Positions 1-9,519 of a DNA stretch of 64,000 nucleotides are shown one piece after another (position 1 is the stretch's first letter; each line of letters starts with the position of its first letter). The stretch is taken from NCBI GenBank assembly GCA_964543035.1, contig CAZIVL010000001.1:122000-185999 (forward strand), given 5' to 3'. The translations under genes were made by a program, and so were the position numbers. The notes below the pieces were generated by a model. That model did no database searches. It was not told the DNA's origin and was given only the letters and a program-made list of their open reading frames with translations. Source of the stretch: an uncultured Gammaproteobacteria bacterium. Lineage in GTDB: Bacteria; Patescibacteriota; Microgenomatia; CAZETR01; Amesbacteraceae.

Positions 1-1266
1 GGCTGGGTAGACACGCGTCGTGATCACGGCAAGATTGTGTTTATCGATCTGCGTGATCGCACGGGCAAGATCCAGACAGTTCTCACGTCAGAACTAGCTG
101 CCGATCTTCACAGCGAAGATGTGGTGAGTTTTACGGGCCTTGTAAAGGCCAGACCGGAAAAGCTGATTAACCCCAAGATGGCCACGGGTACAGTAGAGCT
201 AGAAGTCAAAAATATCGAAGTGTTATCAAAATCAGACACTCTACCGTTTGATCTAAATCAAGAAACCCTGGAGCTGCAGCTACCCACATTGTTAGATTTT
301 AGAGCTCTTACTTTGAGACATCCAAAACTCCAGGCTATTTTCAAAGTCCAAGAAGTAATCATCGACAGTTTTCGAAAAAGTTTGCAAGAAAGAGATTTCC
401 GAGAATTTCAGGCTCCTAACATCATTTCTTCTATTCCCGAAGGGGGATCCGAAGTTTTCGAAGTAAAATATTTCGATCACAAGGCTTATCTGTCCCAGAG
501 TCCTCAGCTATACAAGTCCCTGTTGGTGGGAGATTTTGAAAGAGTATTTAGTGTAAACAAAGTTTTCCGCGCCGAGCCCAGTGTTACGACTCGTCATTTG
601 ACTGAAGTGGTCAGTCTCGATGCAGAGTTTGGATTCATCGAGTCTTGGCTCGATGTCTTGGAGATGCAAGAATACGTGGTCAGATATATATTTTCCGAAT
701 TGGAAAAAAAGTGTCAGGCCGAGCTGGATCTGTTTGGGGCCACCTTGCCCAAGTTGTCAGACAAGATCCCCTTGATCAAGCTCAGAGATGCCCAAGAAGT
801 GATCTTAAAAAGGACAGGCCGTGACAATCGTCACGAAAAAGATCTGTCTCCCGAAGACGAGCGGGAGATATGCAAATGGTCACTCGAGGAACACGGCTCG
901 GATCTAGTTTTCGTGTCTCATTTCTTGACCAAGAAAAAGCCATTTTATATCCAGCCAGACCCCGAAGATCCAGAGTTTGTTCTCAGTGTGGATCTGCTCG
1001 GCAGAGGAGTCGAGTGGTCCAGTGGTGGCCAAAGACTAAACGATTACGAACATATCAGAAAAAATGTAAAAGAATGGGGATTGAAAGAAGAAGATGTGGC
1101 CATGTATCTTCAGTCCTTTAGATACGGTGTCCCGCCTTTGGGTGGGTTTGCTCTAGGAGCCGAGAGAATGACTATGCACATTTTGGGATTACAAAACGTC
1201 CGCGAGGCCTCACTATTTCCCAGAGATATGGAGCGTGTAGATTTCCGCTTAGCGAGCTCCAGATGA
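1..1266 (+). CDS. aspS: Aspartyl-tRNA synthetase, archaeal/eukaryal-type (no GAD insertion), 5' partial (reading frame open from base 1)
   Basis: Frame 1 is open from position 1 (GWVDTRRDHGKIVFIDLRDR...), so the gene starts upstream of the window. Class II aaRS motifs (FRAE, GxGxER-like GAERM) are present; total length of about 440 aa fits the non-bacterial-type AspRS. Confidence 0.85.
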   Translation, partial: GWVDTRRDHGKIVFIDLRDRTGKIQTVLTSELAADLHSEDVVSFTGLVKARPEKLINPKMATGTVELEVKNIEVLSKSDTLPFDLNQETLELQLPTLLDFRALTLRHPKLQAIFKVQEVIIDSFRKSLQERDFREFQAPNIISSIPEGGSEVFEVKYFDHKAYLSQSPQLYKSLLVGDFERVFSVNKVFRAEPSVTTRHLTEVVSLDAEFGFIESWLDVLEMQEYVVRYIFSELEKKCQAELDLFGATLPKLSDKIPLIKLRDAQEVILKRTGRDNRHEKDLSPEDEREICKWSLEEHGSDLVFVSHFLTKKKPFYIQPDPEDPEFVLSVDLLGRGVEWSSGGQRLNDYEHIRKNVKEWGLKEEDVAMYLQSFRYGVPPLGGFALGAERMTMHILGLQNVREASLFPRDMERVDFRLASSR

Positions 1267-2153
1267 AAACTCTTCTTAGACTAGCAATCCTGCTCGTCTT
1301 AGTTTTACTTATTCTTTTTGCAGTTAGGTACATCGCCATCTCTCTCCTGGATTCTCCCATTACCAGATTTACACAAGTCGCACCAGTTACTCAGGGCCTT
1401 CCAGTTCCTGACGTTGTCGCAAAAAGTATTTTTATCATTGACCCAGATTCGCAGACCGTTTTGTACCAGCACAATGCCGACGAGAGATTGTATCCGGCAT
1501 CCACGACCAAGATGTTGACGGCTCTTGTGGCCAATGAATCATTTCCTCATGATCAAAAAATTACCGTTACAGTTTCGTATCCTGAGGGTCAGGATGCCGG
1601 CTTCATGCCAGGCGAAGTGGTAGATGTCGAAAATCTTCTCTACGCGCTACTCGTAAACAGTGCCAATGATGCAGCAGAGATCTTTGCCGAAAATTTCCCC
1701 GGAGGAAGACCCGCTTTCGTAGAAGCGATGAATCAAAAAGTAATAAGTTTAGGGTTGCAAAATACATATTTCAAAAATCCAACAGGTCTGGATGAAGACG
1801 GTCACTTCAGTTCAGCCGCCGATCTGGCCCGTATTGCCCAGGAGCTTATCCGCCATCCGTATTTGAGTAAGATTGTCTCCACCGAAGCCGCAGTTATCAA
1901 TACCGTAGATCGCACCATCTATCACCCAGTGACCAACATCAACGAGTTGTTAGGCCACGTCGAGGGAGTCGTAGGTATCAAAACCGGTTTTACCGATCTG
2001 GCCGGTCAGTCGCTAGTGACACTAGTGGATCGCAACCATCACCGGGTTCTGGTGGTACTTCTGGGTAGCACCGACCGCTTTGCAGATACAAAATCCCTCA
2101 TCGACTGGTCCTACTCAAACTTCGACTGGGAAACTGAGAAACTGGACAACTGA
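1263..2153 (+). CDS. D-alanyl-D-alanine carboxypeptidase (S11, PBP5-like)
   Basis: SxxK (ASTTKM), SxN (SAND) and KTG (KTGFT) motifs; N-terminal hydrophobic anchor; start overlaps the aspS stop (ATGA). Confidence 0.8.
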   Translation: MKTLLRLAILLVLVLLILFAVRYIAISLLDSPITRFTQVAPVTQGLPVPDVVAKSIFIIDPDSQTVLYQHNADERLYPASTTKMLTALVANESFPHDQKITVTVSYPEGQDAGFMPGEVVDVENLLYALLVNSANDAAEIFAENFPGGRPAFVEAMNQKVISLGLQNTYFKNPTGLDEDGHFSSAADLARIAQELIRHPYLSKIVSTEAAVINTVDRTIYHPVTNINELLGHVEGVVGIKTGFTDLAGQSLVTLVDRNHHRVLVVLLGSTDRFADTKSLIDWSYSNFDWETEKLDN

Positions 2154-2157
2154 TCAA

Positions 2158-3192
2158 CTACTCTACCAAATCAGATCTAATTGCCTGCACGTATCCCATA
2201 AATCCTCCATCGCCCTCAAACACATATACAGGTTGCAAAAAGTTTTGCGGCTCATTGGCCTCATAATATCCCAGAGTTACTTTTCGAACGACAGCAGTCT
2301 GCCCCACTGGTTTGGCGACAAATCCTCCAGCGCCAGTGGACAATTCAGTCCAAGCCTCTTGCACACCTTTCAGAGGATATGTAGCAAAGTCGTCATCGAG
2401 TACCCGTGAGTATTGGTATCCCATTTGCGTCAGCCTCTTGTTTCCTGGCAGTGGTGAAAGTATTGCATATACAGGTGACGCGTCACCTCCGGTTGTCACA
2501 ATTCTCATTTTATCTTTGTCAGCGCGAAACAGATCCACTTTTACAAAATTAGCATCTCGTATCGAGGTCGTCGGCACCATGGCCGATCCCGTGGCCACAA
2601 GGTATGTAAACTTGGCTTGACCTGTCGCCAGATCCGCTTCCAAGACTCCCAGATTTTGCATCAGAGATCTTACTTCTCCGATCGCTTGATTCCCCAGCGG
2701 CACATTGTGTTGGCCATATATAGAGGACTCATCAGTCCAATCAAAATTAAAAGCCATCCGGTCCGACACCACATTTACTTTTAGAGTAGCAGGGATAAGC
2801 GTGTGTTCAAACATATATTCCACTTCATTCAATTGAACTGGCTGATTAGTAAATCCCAGCACCTTTGCCTTTTCTCGGTATCTGTCCAATGACACGAGTC
2901 GCGATTTGTTGATACCTACCACATACGCTTTGGCCACATTTGTCAGATTTGGCAGTCCGCCCTCTATTGTTTCCAGTTTGTATTCCACGCCAGCAGCCGG
3001 GGGATCGACAAACAGCTTAGGGAGTTTTCCATATCTTACAGTCGGCGGAGGTGGCGGTGGAGGATTGAGACGTAAGTAAGTTTGTTTGGCAAAAGCCCAT
3101 ACAAACGGGATGATAGACAGGATCACTATTCCAATCAGCCCAAACTTGATCGTATTCCTCGCAATTCCGCTTACTTCAGTGAGGGTCGCCAT
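2158..3192 (-). CDS. Hypothetical membrane-anchored protein with a poly-proline (P8) linker
   Basis: N-terminal TM helix followed by PPPPPPPP and a roughly 280-aa extracytoplasmic domain; no recognisable catalytic motif. Confidence 0.5.
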   Translation of the reverse strand: MATLTEVSGIARNTIKFGLIGIVILSIIPFVWAFAKQTYLRLNPPPPPPPTVRYGKLPKLFVDPPAAGVEYKLETIEGGLPNLTNVAKAYVVGINKSRLVSLDRYREKAKVLGFTNQPVQLNEVEYMFEHTLIPATLKVNVVSDRMAFNFDWTDESSIYGQHNVPLGNQAIGEVRSLMQNLGVLEADLATGQAKFTYLVATGSAMVPTTSIRDANFVKVDLFRADKDKMRIVTTGGDASPVYAILSPLPGNKRLTQMGYQYSRVLDDDFATYPLKGVQEAWTELSTGAGGFVAKPVGQTAVVRKVTLGYYEANEPQNFLQPVYVFEGDGGFMGYVQAIRSDLVE

Positions 3193-3212
3193 AATGGTAA
3201 AATTATAGCATC

Positions 3213-4634
3213 ATGAGCTCCATTCGCACCCGTTTTGCCCCTTCACCTACAGGCACCCCCGACAGTGTTCATCTGGGCTTTGTCATCAGGGCGTTGTGGA
3301 ACTACGCATATGCCAAAAAAAATACTGGCCAATTTTTGCTACGTATCGAAGACACTGATCAAAAAAGATCCCGCCCCGACACCGAAGAAGCCATCTTCGA
3401 CACTTTACACAAATTTGGTATCACATGGGATGAGGGACCAGACGTCGGCGGTCCTTTTGGACCATATCGCCAGTCCGAGAGACTACCGTTATACAAAGAA
3501 GCCGCCATCAAATTAGTCGAAAAAGGTTATGCCTACTATGATTTTGATGCCGTCAAACGCGAAAAAGAAGAGATCAAGGCCGCCTACGAATCAGAAGAGC
3601 AGCTAGCCCAGCTCCAGGTCAGACCCGCCGCGCGTGACCTGGATCCCAAAGTGGCCCAAGAGAGAGTTGATGCTGGAGAGCCATATGTCATTCGTGTAAA
3701 GATTCCTGAAGACCGAGTTTTTGAATTTACCGATTGGATTCTAAAAAAGAAAATCAGTGTGTTAGGAAAGCATGTTTCTGATCTGATCATTCTCAAGTCA
3801 GATGGATTCCCGACGTATCATCTGGCCGTGGCAGTAGACGACATTGCTATGCAAATCAGCCATATTTTTAGAGGCCAAGAGTGGATCTCCACGACTCCTA
3901 TTCATCTATATATGTTCGAGGGTTTGGGTCACCCCGTTCCCCAGATCGGTCACTTCACCGTGATTTTGGACAAGGCTACAAACAAAAAATTTAGCAAAAG
4001 AGATCTCGAGGGCAAGTTCGGGGTCAAGCATTGGCTGGACCGAGGATATCTTCCCGAGGCAATCCTAAATTACCTGATGCTTTTGGGTTGGGCCCCCAAG
4101 GACAATCGCGAGATTTTTTCACTAGGTGAGTTTGTAGAAGCTTTTGACCAAGATGGTGTCCAAAAATCAAATCCCATTTTTGACGAAAGAAAGCTCGATT
4201 GGTTCAATGGACATTATATTAGAAGTACTGATGACACAAAGTTAGCTCAGCTGGTCAGACCATTTTTGTCTCGTGATATTTCAGACGGATTACTCCAAAA
4301 GATTATCCCCTTGGTCAAAGATAGAATGACTACTCTTGCTGATTTTCCATCTTTAACCGAGTTCTTTTTTGTCGCCCCCAGTGCTGTTTCAGATCCAGCC
4401 ATCAACCCTGACCATATCCGCTACGCGGTAGATCAGTTTGATAATTTGATAAAACCCGATTTTGTAGAAAGTGTAAAAGCCAAAGGGTACAAAGTCGGAG
4501 ACTTCTTTATGAGTCTACGTATTGCCATCACAGGCCAGCGCCAGACTCCCCCCATTACCGAAACCATGTTAGTCTTAGGTAAAGAAGAGAGCCTTTCTCG
4601 TCTTAACTTAGCGCTAAAAAATCTGTCATCCTGA
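3213..4634 (+). CDS. gltX: Glutamyl-tRNA synthetase
   Basis: Class I HIGH-like (SVHLGF) and KMSKS-like (KFSKR) motifs; N-terminal RFAPSPTG. Confidence 0.85.
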   Translation: MSSIRTRFAPSPTGTPDSVHLGFVIRALWNYAYAKKNTGQFLLRIEDTDQKRSRPDTEEAIFDTLHKFGITWDEGPDVGGPFGPYRQSERLPLYKEAAIKLVEKGYAYYDFDAVKREKEEIKAAYESEEQLAQLQVRPAARDLDPKVAQERVDAGEPYVIRVKIPEDRVFEFTDWILKKKISVLGKHVSDLIILKSDGFPTYHLAVAVDDIAMQISHIFRGQEWISTTPIHLYMFEGLGHPVPQIGHFTVILDKATNKKFSKRDLEGKFGVKHWLDRGYLPEAILNYLMLLGWAPKDNREIFSLGEFVEAFDQDGVQKSNPIFDERKLDWFNGHYIRSTDDTKLAQLVRPFLSRDISDGLLQKIIPLVKDRMTTLADFPSLTEFFFVAPSAVSDPAINPDHIRYAVDQFDNLIKPDFVESVKAKGYKVGDFFMSLRIAITGQRQTPPITETMLVLGKEESLSRLNLALKNLSS

Positions 4635-4653
4635 GCCGCGCGAAGGATCCAGG
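4626..4653 (+). promoter_or_regulatory. Conserved 28-nt intergenic motif GTCATCYTGARC-N9-10-AAGGATCCAG (copy 1 of 4); candidate promoter or short hairpin
   Basis: Near-identical motif at 5989, 20699 and 59918, each just 3' of a plus-strand stop codon and 5' of the next plus-strand gene; contains an ATCCT/AGGAT inverted repeat and a -35-like TGARC. Confidence 0.4.
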
Positions 4654-4691
4654 CTTTACTGGATTCTTCATTTCATTCAGAATGACTATAT

Positions 4692-5621
4692 ATGTTGAAA
4701 CCTGCCATAAATACGGATCTCTTGCGAAACAAGCTCAAGCTCAAATCTCTCCAGTCCGAAAATCTTCTCACCGCCCATCATGGCCCAGCCGTCAAGCTTC
4801 TCCAGTCTGTTGGTATTAGACCCGGAAAATTGCGCGATCATGCCAGAAAATTACTCACCGCCGGGGCTGCCACGGCCACCATCATGCTCACTCCAGGAAC
4901 TGCGCCTATGAGCCACCCCCTTCTTCCGGGATCCACTATTCAGGAATCAGCAACCACGTCGGTAGATCTTCACACCCAATTGGTCTCAGACATGCGAGAT
5001 ATTTTGCCAGAGCAAGTTAAGCCTTTGACCGAAGACCAAGAGATCAAGATTAGCGAAGTCTTGCAAAAGCGTTACGGTCTCCACGCTTATGCCAGGCTGG
5101 AGGGCAACCATCTCAACACAAGTTACGGCCTTATTGGCGCCGAGCAGCATCTGCCCCGTTTTCCAGGCGACACGGTCGAACAGCATGATGCGATTCAGAA
5201 AGCCGGCATCACTCCCGGTCGAGGAGCCTGGGGATATTTTGCATATTCCAAAGAGGATTTGACTCCAGATCTTATTGCCATTGAGCGCTACTACGCTGTC
5301 GTCCAGACTTTGTATTTACCCGACTGGACCACCCGACTTGCTTACTTGCGCGACTGGTACAAATACCGAAAAGTTGCCATCGTAAATCCTGTCAATGGAA
5401 AAGTCATGATCTCAGCTATCGCCGACGCTGGACCTGCGGCTTGGACGGGCAAGCACTTTGGTGGGTCTCCCGAAGTCATGGCCTATCTGGGTCTAAATGT
5501 TGGCAAGCAAAAAGGTCCAGTAGTATTATTCTTTGTAGACGATCCAGAAGACAAAGTGCCATTAGGACCACTTGAAGGAAATCTTGAAGCAAACAAAGTT
5601 TTATTAAGCACTAAATATTAG
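4692..5621 (+). CDS. Hypothetical protein; C-terminal region weakly RlpA-like (double-psi beta-barrel)
   Basis: C-terminal KVAIVNPVNGKVMISAIADAGP...GGSPEVMAYLGL loosely resembles the RlpA DPBB signature; this is a weak pattern-level call. Confidence 0.4.
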   Translation: MLKPAINTDLLRNKLKLKSLQSENLLTAHHGPAVKLLQSVGIRPGKLRDHARKLLTAGAATATIMLTPGTAPMSHPLLPGSTIQESATTSVDLHTQLVSDMRDILPEQVKPLTEDQEIKISEVLQKRYGLHAYARLEGNHLNTSYGLIGAEQHLPRFPGDTVEQHDAIQKAGITPGRGAWGYFAYSKEDLTPDLIAIERYYAVVQTLYLPDWTTRLAYLRDWYKYRKVAIVNPVNGKVMISAIADAGPAAWTGKHFGGSPEVMAYLGLNVGKQKGPVVLFFVDDPEDKVPLGPLEGNLEANKVLLSTKY

Positions 5622-5635
5622 GCATTAAACATTTT

Positions 5636-5968
5636 ATGTCAAAACTTTTTTACGATTCATTGACCGAGCACCAGGATCTTATCGATTCACTTGACCTCCC
5701 CATTGTTTCAGAAGATGAGCGAGTCGAGTTGAGTCAGCTAGTTGACGAGATCATGAGTCACAATATTCTCAACGTCATTCTCAATCATTTGCCAAAAGCC
5801 CATCACGAGGAATTTATCACCAAGTTGCATACCACTCCTCACGACCCAGAATTGTTGGTTTATCTACAAGAGCGTACTGAGGTGGATATCGTAGTCGAGA
5901 TAAAAAATCACGCTGACCGTATAAAAAAAGACATCGTCACAGATATTCACAAATCCCGCCAAAAGTAG
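5636..5968 (+). CDS. Hypothetical small acidic protein
   Basis: ORF in a gene-dense plus-strand run; no recognisable motif. Confidence 0.4.
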   Translation: MSKLFYDSLTEHQDLIDSLDLPIVSEDERVELSQLVDEIMSHNILNVILNHLPKAHHEEFITKLHTTPHDPELLVYLQERTEVDIVVEIKNHADRIKKDIVTDIHKSRQK

Positions 5969-5988
5969 TAGCGTCCAAGGTTAAGCCT

Positions 5989-6016
5989 GTCATCTTGAAC
6001 GAAGTGAAGGATCCAG
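5989..6016 (+). promoter_or_regulatory. Conserved 28-nt motif (copy 2); followed by TATAAT at 6020-6025, 6 nt before the ATG at 6032
   Basis: GTCATCTTGAACGAAGTGAAGGATCCAG, then TACTATAAT and an ATG six bases later, suggesting a leaderless transcript. Confidence 0.45.
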
Positions 6017-6031
6017 TACTATAATACGCAC

Positions 6032-6637
6032 ATGATTTATGAGGTAGTCTTCGACCTAGAAACCAAATCTTGGTTCACAGAGACCGGGACCAGTGACCCC
6101 AAAGATTTAGGAGCGTCCATAGTATCTCTCTACAAGCGCCAGCTTGATGACAATCACCAGGAGATAGCAGGAGAGATGCTGTCATTTTGGGAAAAAGATC
6201 TAGACCAAATGTGGAAGCATTTTTTTGAAGCCGATCGCATTATCGGTTTCAACTCTATCGATTTTGATGTCCGTGTATTGGAAGCCTACGCTCCTCGTGA
6301 TTTTGCCAAGTTGCCTCACTTTGACATCATCCAGCATGTAAAAAATTCGTTTGGTCACAGGGTATCCCTGAATGCGATAGCAAAAGACACTTTAGGAGAT
6401 ACCAAGATTGATTCCGGTGCCAACGCGGTCATGTATTGGCAATCCGGTGATCCAGATAAGCTCGCTCTCCTAAAAAAATATTGCGAAGCCGACGTCGATA
6501 TAACGAGGCGCATATATGACTACGGCCTCACGACAAAAAAACTAAAATTTACTGACAAGTGGAATACACCCCGCGTCATCGACATTGATTTTTCCTATCC
6601 CGAAACCACCTCCTCCGTCCAAACTAGTTTGTTTTAG
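6032..6637 (+). CDS. DEDDy-type 3'-5' exonuclease (RNase H-like fold)
   Basis: ExoI FDLET, ExoII GFNSIDFD and ExoIII YCEAD(V)D motifs. Confidence 0.6.
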   Translation: MIYEVVFDLETKSWFTETGTSDPKDLGASIVSLYKRQLDDNHQEIAGEMLSFWEKDLDQMWKHFFEADRIIGFNSIDFDVRVLEAYAPRDFAKLPHFDIIQHVKNSFGHRVSLNAIAKDTLGDTKIDSGANAVMYWQSGDPDKLALLKKYCEADVDITRRIYDYGLTTKKLKFTDKWNTPRVIDIDFSYPETTSSVQTSLF

Positions 6638-6660
6638 TCGTCTCATGCTAGAATAAAAAT

Positions 6661-7422
6661 ATGCCTCTCCTTTTTCTTATTATTCCCACAGTTATTCTTC
6701 TTCTAGTTTCAATAAAACAAATCAATCAGTACGAAAGAGGAGTTCTTTTCACTTTTGGAAAATTTACAGGACTCATGCAGCCAGGCTGGAATTTGGTCCT
6801 GCCAGTTATTCAAGGATATGAAAAAGTCGACATTCGTACCAAAGCCGTCGATGTCCCAAACCAAGAAGCCATTACCAAAGACAATGTCTCCACCCAGATC
6901 TCAGCCGTCATCTACTACAAAGTGGTTGATGCTTCCAAAGCCATTTTAGAAGTTGAAAATTTTTACATCGCCATCGATCAGCTCGCTCAGACTACCATGC
7001 GAAATATCGTGGGAGAAGTTGAGCTCAATGAATTACTGGCAAACCGTGATTCCATTGCCAATCGTATTCGCGACATAGTCGAAGGCACAACTGCTCAGTG
7101 GGGTCTTGAGGTTCTAGCAGTCGAGCTCAAAGATATATTGCTCCCCGCAGACATGAAGCGCACCATGGCCAAGCAAGCAGAAGCCATGCGCGAAAAGCAG
7201 GCCACAATTATCAACTCAGAGGGAGAAGTAGCAGCAGCCCAAAATCTAGCCAAAGCAGCGACTCTCATGGCCCAGACCCCCGGAGCACTCCATTTGAGAA
7301 CCCTAAATTCCATCAACGATATTTCCTCAGATCAGTCCAACACTGTAGTCTTCGTCACTCCCATTGAGGTATTAGAAGCCATCAAAGGCGTGTCAAACTT
7401 TTTGGCCAGCAAGACAAAGTAG
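6661..7422 (+). CDS. SPFH/band-7 (stomatin-like) membrane protein
   Basis: N-terminal TM helix and a canonical stomatin core (GKFTGLMQPGW...EAMREKQA). Confidence 0.8.
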   Translation: MPLLFLIIPTVILLLVSIKQINQYERGVLFTFGKFTGLMQPGWNLVLPVIQGYEKVDIRTKAVDVPNQEAITKDNVSTQISAVIYYKVVDASKAILEVENFYIAIDQLAQTTMRNIVGEVELNELLANRDSIANRIRDIVEGTTAQWGLEVLAVELKDILLPADMKRTMAKQAEAMREKQATIINSEGEVAAAQNLAKAATLMAQTPGALHLRTLNSINDISSDQSNTVVFVTPIEVLEAIKGVSNFLASKTK

Positions 7423-7431
7423 TACCAGCTC

Positions 7432-8004
7432 CTACTTGATGTGGCGCAATATATCCAAGAACTTTCCGTAATTGTTATAGATGATATAGCCGTTTAGGAT
7501 TAGTAGTCCGGGAAACACCAGCGCTTTTTCCATCATCTCTCCTGTCGTGATTCGTAGGGCCTTAAATGGGGGAAAACCAAATTTGATAGGAATGGGAAAC
7601 AGCCACGGCACCCCCTCTTTAGTAATAGTATCGGAGACTAGATGAGACACGTAACCGATCATAAAAGCCCACCACACGATATCCATATCGACAATCAAAA
7701 CTCCGCTAATTTTTGCCAAAAGCCATTTCAGTCCGATTCCGATTAGCCAGACTCCCAAGAGCGAATGTGATATCAGTCGGTGCCCACCCAGCAGCGGCGA
7801 CACAATTCTTGATATTATCGATCCCCCTCGCATCTTACGCCAGATATCCGCCGTCGCCTCATCCAGATCCGGTCCCAGTCCGCCCAGCATATTTGCCCCA
7901 AAAGAGACAACTGCTGTTGCCAGACTCATTTCAAATACAGGTTGATATGCGAGGACCGCCACCATCGCCGTAAATGCCGCCAGATCATGCGTCCTTCCTG
8001 TCAT
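7432..8004 (-). CDS. YdjM-like membrane-bound metal-dependent hydrolase (DUF457 family)
   Basis: Polytopic protein with conserved His clusters (GHRLISHS, SHLVSD) typical of the YdjM family. Confidence 0.55.
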   Translation of the reverse strand: MTGRTHDLAAFTAMVAVLAYQPVFEMSLATAVVSFGANMLGGLGPDLDEATADIWRKMRGGSIISRIVSPLLGGHRLISHSLLGVWLIGIGLKWLLAKISGVLIVDMDIVWWAFMIGYVSHLVSDTITKEGVPWLFPIPIKFGFPPFKALRITTGEMMEKALVFPGLLILNGYIIYNNYGKFLDILRHIK

Positions 8005-8036
8005 GTTTTCAATTTATCAAGTTAATTTTTATAAAT

Positions 8037-8297
8037 CTACCTTGGGGGCCATTTTTTGACAGGTTGCCCTGTCTCTCTATTTATCAGTGTGCATTTTTTG
8101 GGCTTTTCTCCAACAGCCAGACCCATTCTCTTTCCCACTCCCATGAGACACCACGCTTGTCCTCCCACCACTTTCATCGCGAGACAGTTCGGGCAATCCA
8201 GAGTTTCTGATTTCCACGTTCCAAACCATTCACTCCCAGGTTTTGCTTCGAGCACGTACCATTCATCAGGCGTCAGTCCAAACAAGACTTCGCTCAT
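8037..8297 (-). CDS. Small hypothetical protein (start taken at internal Met; ATGA overlap with the upstream NUDIX stop)
   Basis: The Met codon at 8295-8297 overlaps the NUDIX stop at 8294-8296, which suggests translational coupling. C-terminal DCPNC...C motif; weak support. Confidence 0.3.
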   Translation of the reverse strand: MSEVLFGLTPDEWYVLEAKPGSEWFGTWKSETLDCPNCLAMKVVGGQAWCLMGVGKRMGLAVGEKPKKCTLINRETGQPVKKWPPR

Positions 8298-8725
8298 AGA
8301 TTCACCATTTCTTCTATTTTTCCACCATCTATCTTCAACACTTTTCCAGCCAATACCAGTGGCAGCCATTCATCATTCCCTTTGTGCATTTGTGAGTAGG
8401 GGATTTCGTTTATTGAGAACCATCGCAATTCTTTGATGGTGTCTTCTCTTATTTTCATTTCACCAGACCACGTATCCGTTAGAAACACATTTAGTTTAAA
8501 TGACCCATTTAGTTCGGCCACTTTTGTAAGCCTTGTTTTATCAAATTCCAGATACGTTTCTTCCTGTACTTCTCGCACCACCGCTTCTTCCAGAGTTTCT
8601 CCTGCTTCTGCAAATCCACCCAATCCATTCCACTTCTCCTCACCGTTGTTGTAATGGATCAATGCCAAAAGTATTTTGTCCCCATTTCTTAGAAAACACA
8701 CCGTCCCCTGTCTATCTGAACTCAT
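8294..8725 (-). CDS. NUDIX hydrolase
   Basis: Nudix box GGFAEAGETLEEAVVREVQEETYL. Confidence 0.8.
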   Translation of the reverse strand: MSSDRQGTVCFLRNGDKILLALIHYNNGEEKWNGLGGFAEAGETLEEAVVREVQEETYLEFDKTRLTKVAELNGSFKLNVFLTDTWSGEMKIREDTIKELRWFSINEIPYSQMHKGNDEWLPLVLAGKVLKIDGGKIEEMVNL

Positions 8726-8729
8726 GGTT

Positions 8730-9071
8730 TTATTTTACTACCTCCACCTCAATCGCTACCATGCCAAATTCCGCTTCTTGTTCCGGTGTATAGAATCTTC
8801 TATACACCTCTATTCCCTGTTCTACAGTTTCCACATCGGGTAACAATTGTTTCAGAGATTCTCTTTCTAGCATACTTCTTATCGAGTCATATTTTGCGAC
8901 TCTTGTTACCACCACCTGCACACTTTCTGTCTCTTCGTTATTTCTGACTTCAATCTCATCGCCCGGTTTCACCTCTGCATACCAGCCCTTTCGCACTCTG
9001 CCCTCGATAGTTTTCTGACCATTTTTCAGAAAAGTAAAATACGGCTCAGCTCTGTGGTTATGATATTTCAT
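8730..9071 (-). CDS. ASCH (PUA-like) domain protein
   Basis: Size and a GRVRKGW...PGDEI pattern consistent with the ASCH fold; moderate support. Confidence 0.45.
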   Translation of the reverse strand: MKYHNHRAEPYFTFLKNGQKTIEGRVRKGWYAEVKPGDEIEVRNNEETESVQVVVTRVAKYDSIRSMLERESLKQLLPDVETVEQGIEVYRRFYTPEQEAEFGMVAIEVEVVK

Positions 9072-9087
9072 ATCTATTGCCTGCTTT

Positions 9088-9516
9088 TTAAAACCCAGTA
9101 GACCCTATTCCTCCTCTATCTTTATTTCCCAGTTTATCCACTTCTTCAATAATTACCTTCTCAAATTTTAAAACCATTATTTGTCCTACCCTCATACCCT
9201 TTTCTACTACCACCCGCTTTTTTGTAAAGTTTAAAGCCACAAACTTGTATTCATCGCTGTCACCTCTAAAGTCCCAATCACCAATCCCAATTCCAGCTGC
9301 ATTAATAAGACCCAGTTTATGAGTGGAGCTTCGAGCCGCCAGCATCACCCAACTCCCCTTTGGTACTTCAAGCGCAATGTTTAATGGGATATAGCCGATT
9401 GCGCCAGGAGCAATGGTCACCTTCTCACGAGCATAGACATCCATGCAAGCCGCCCCCTCAGTCTTATAACTGGGTAGTGGTATCGTTTTATCAAATCTTT
9501 TAACCTTTATTTTCAT
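9088..9516 (-). CDS. dut: dUTP diphosphatase
   Basis: Motifs GAACMD, RSS, GIGDWDFRGD and C-terminal RGGIGSTGF. Confidence 0.8.
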   Translation of the reverse strand: MKIKVKRFDKTIPLPSYKTEGAACMDVYAREKVTIAPGAIGYIPLNIALEVPKGSWVMLAARSSTHKLGLINAAGIGIGDWDFRGDSDEYKFVALNFTKKRVVVEKGMRVGQIMVLKFEKVIIEEVDKLGNKDRGGIGSTGF

Positions 9517-9519
9517 ACT

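Noticed and set aside
870-1360. Internal or antisense small ORFs within aspS and dacA (870-1121, 1172-1360, 1318-1518)
   Set aside because: They are nested in higher-confidence genes in other frames.
4626-4653. The 28-nt backbone motif as a Rho-independent terminator
   Set aside because: The stem is only 5-6 bp and no U-tract follows; a -10-like hexamer follows instead. A promoter or operator reading is preferred, though a dual role cannot be excluded.
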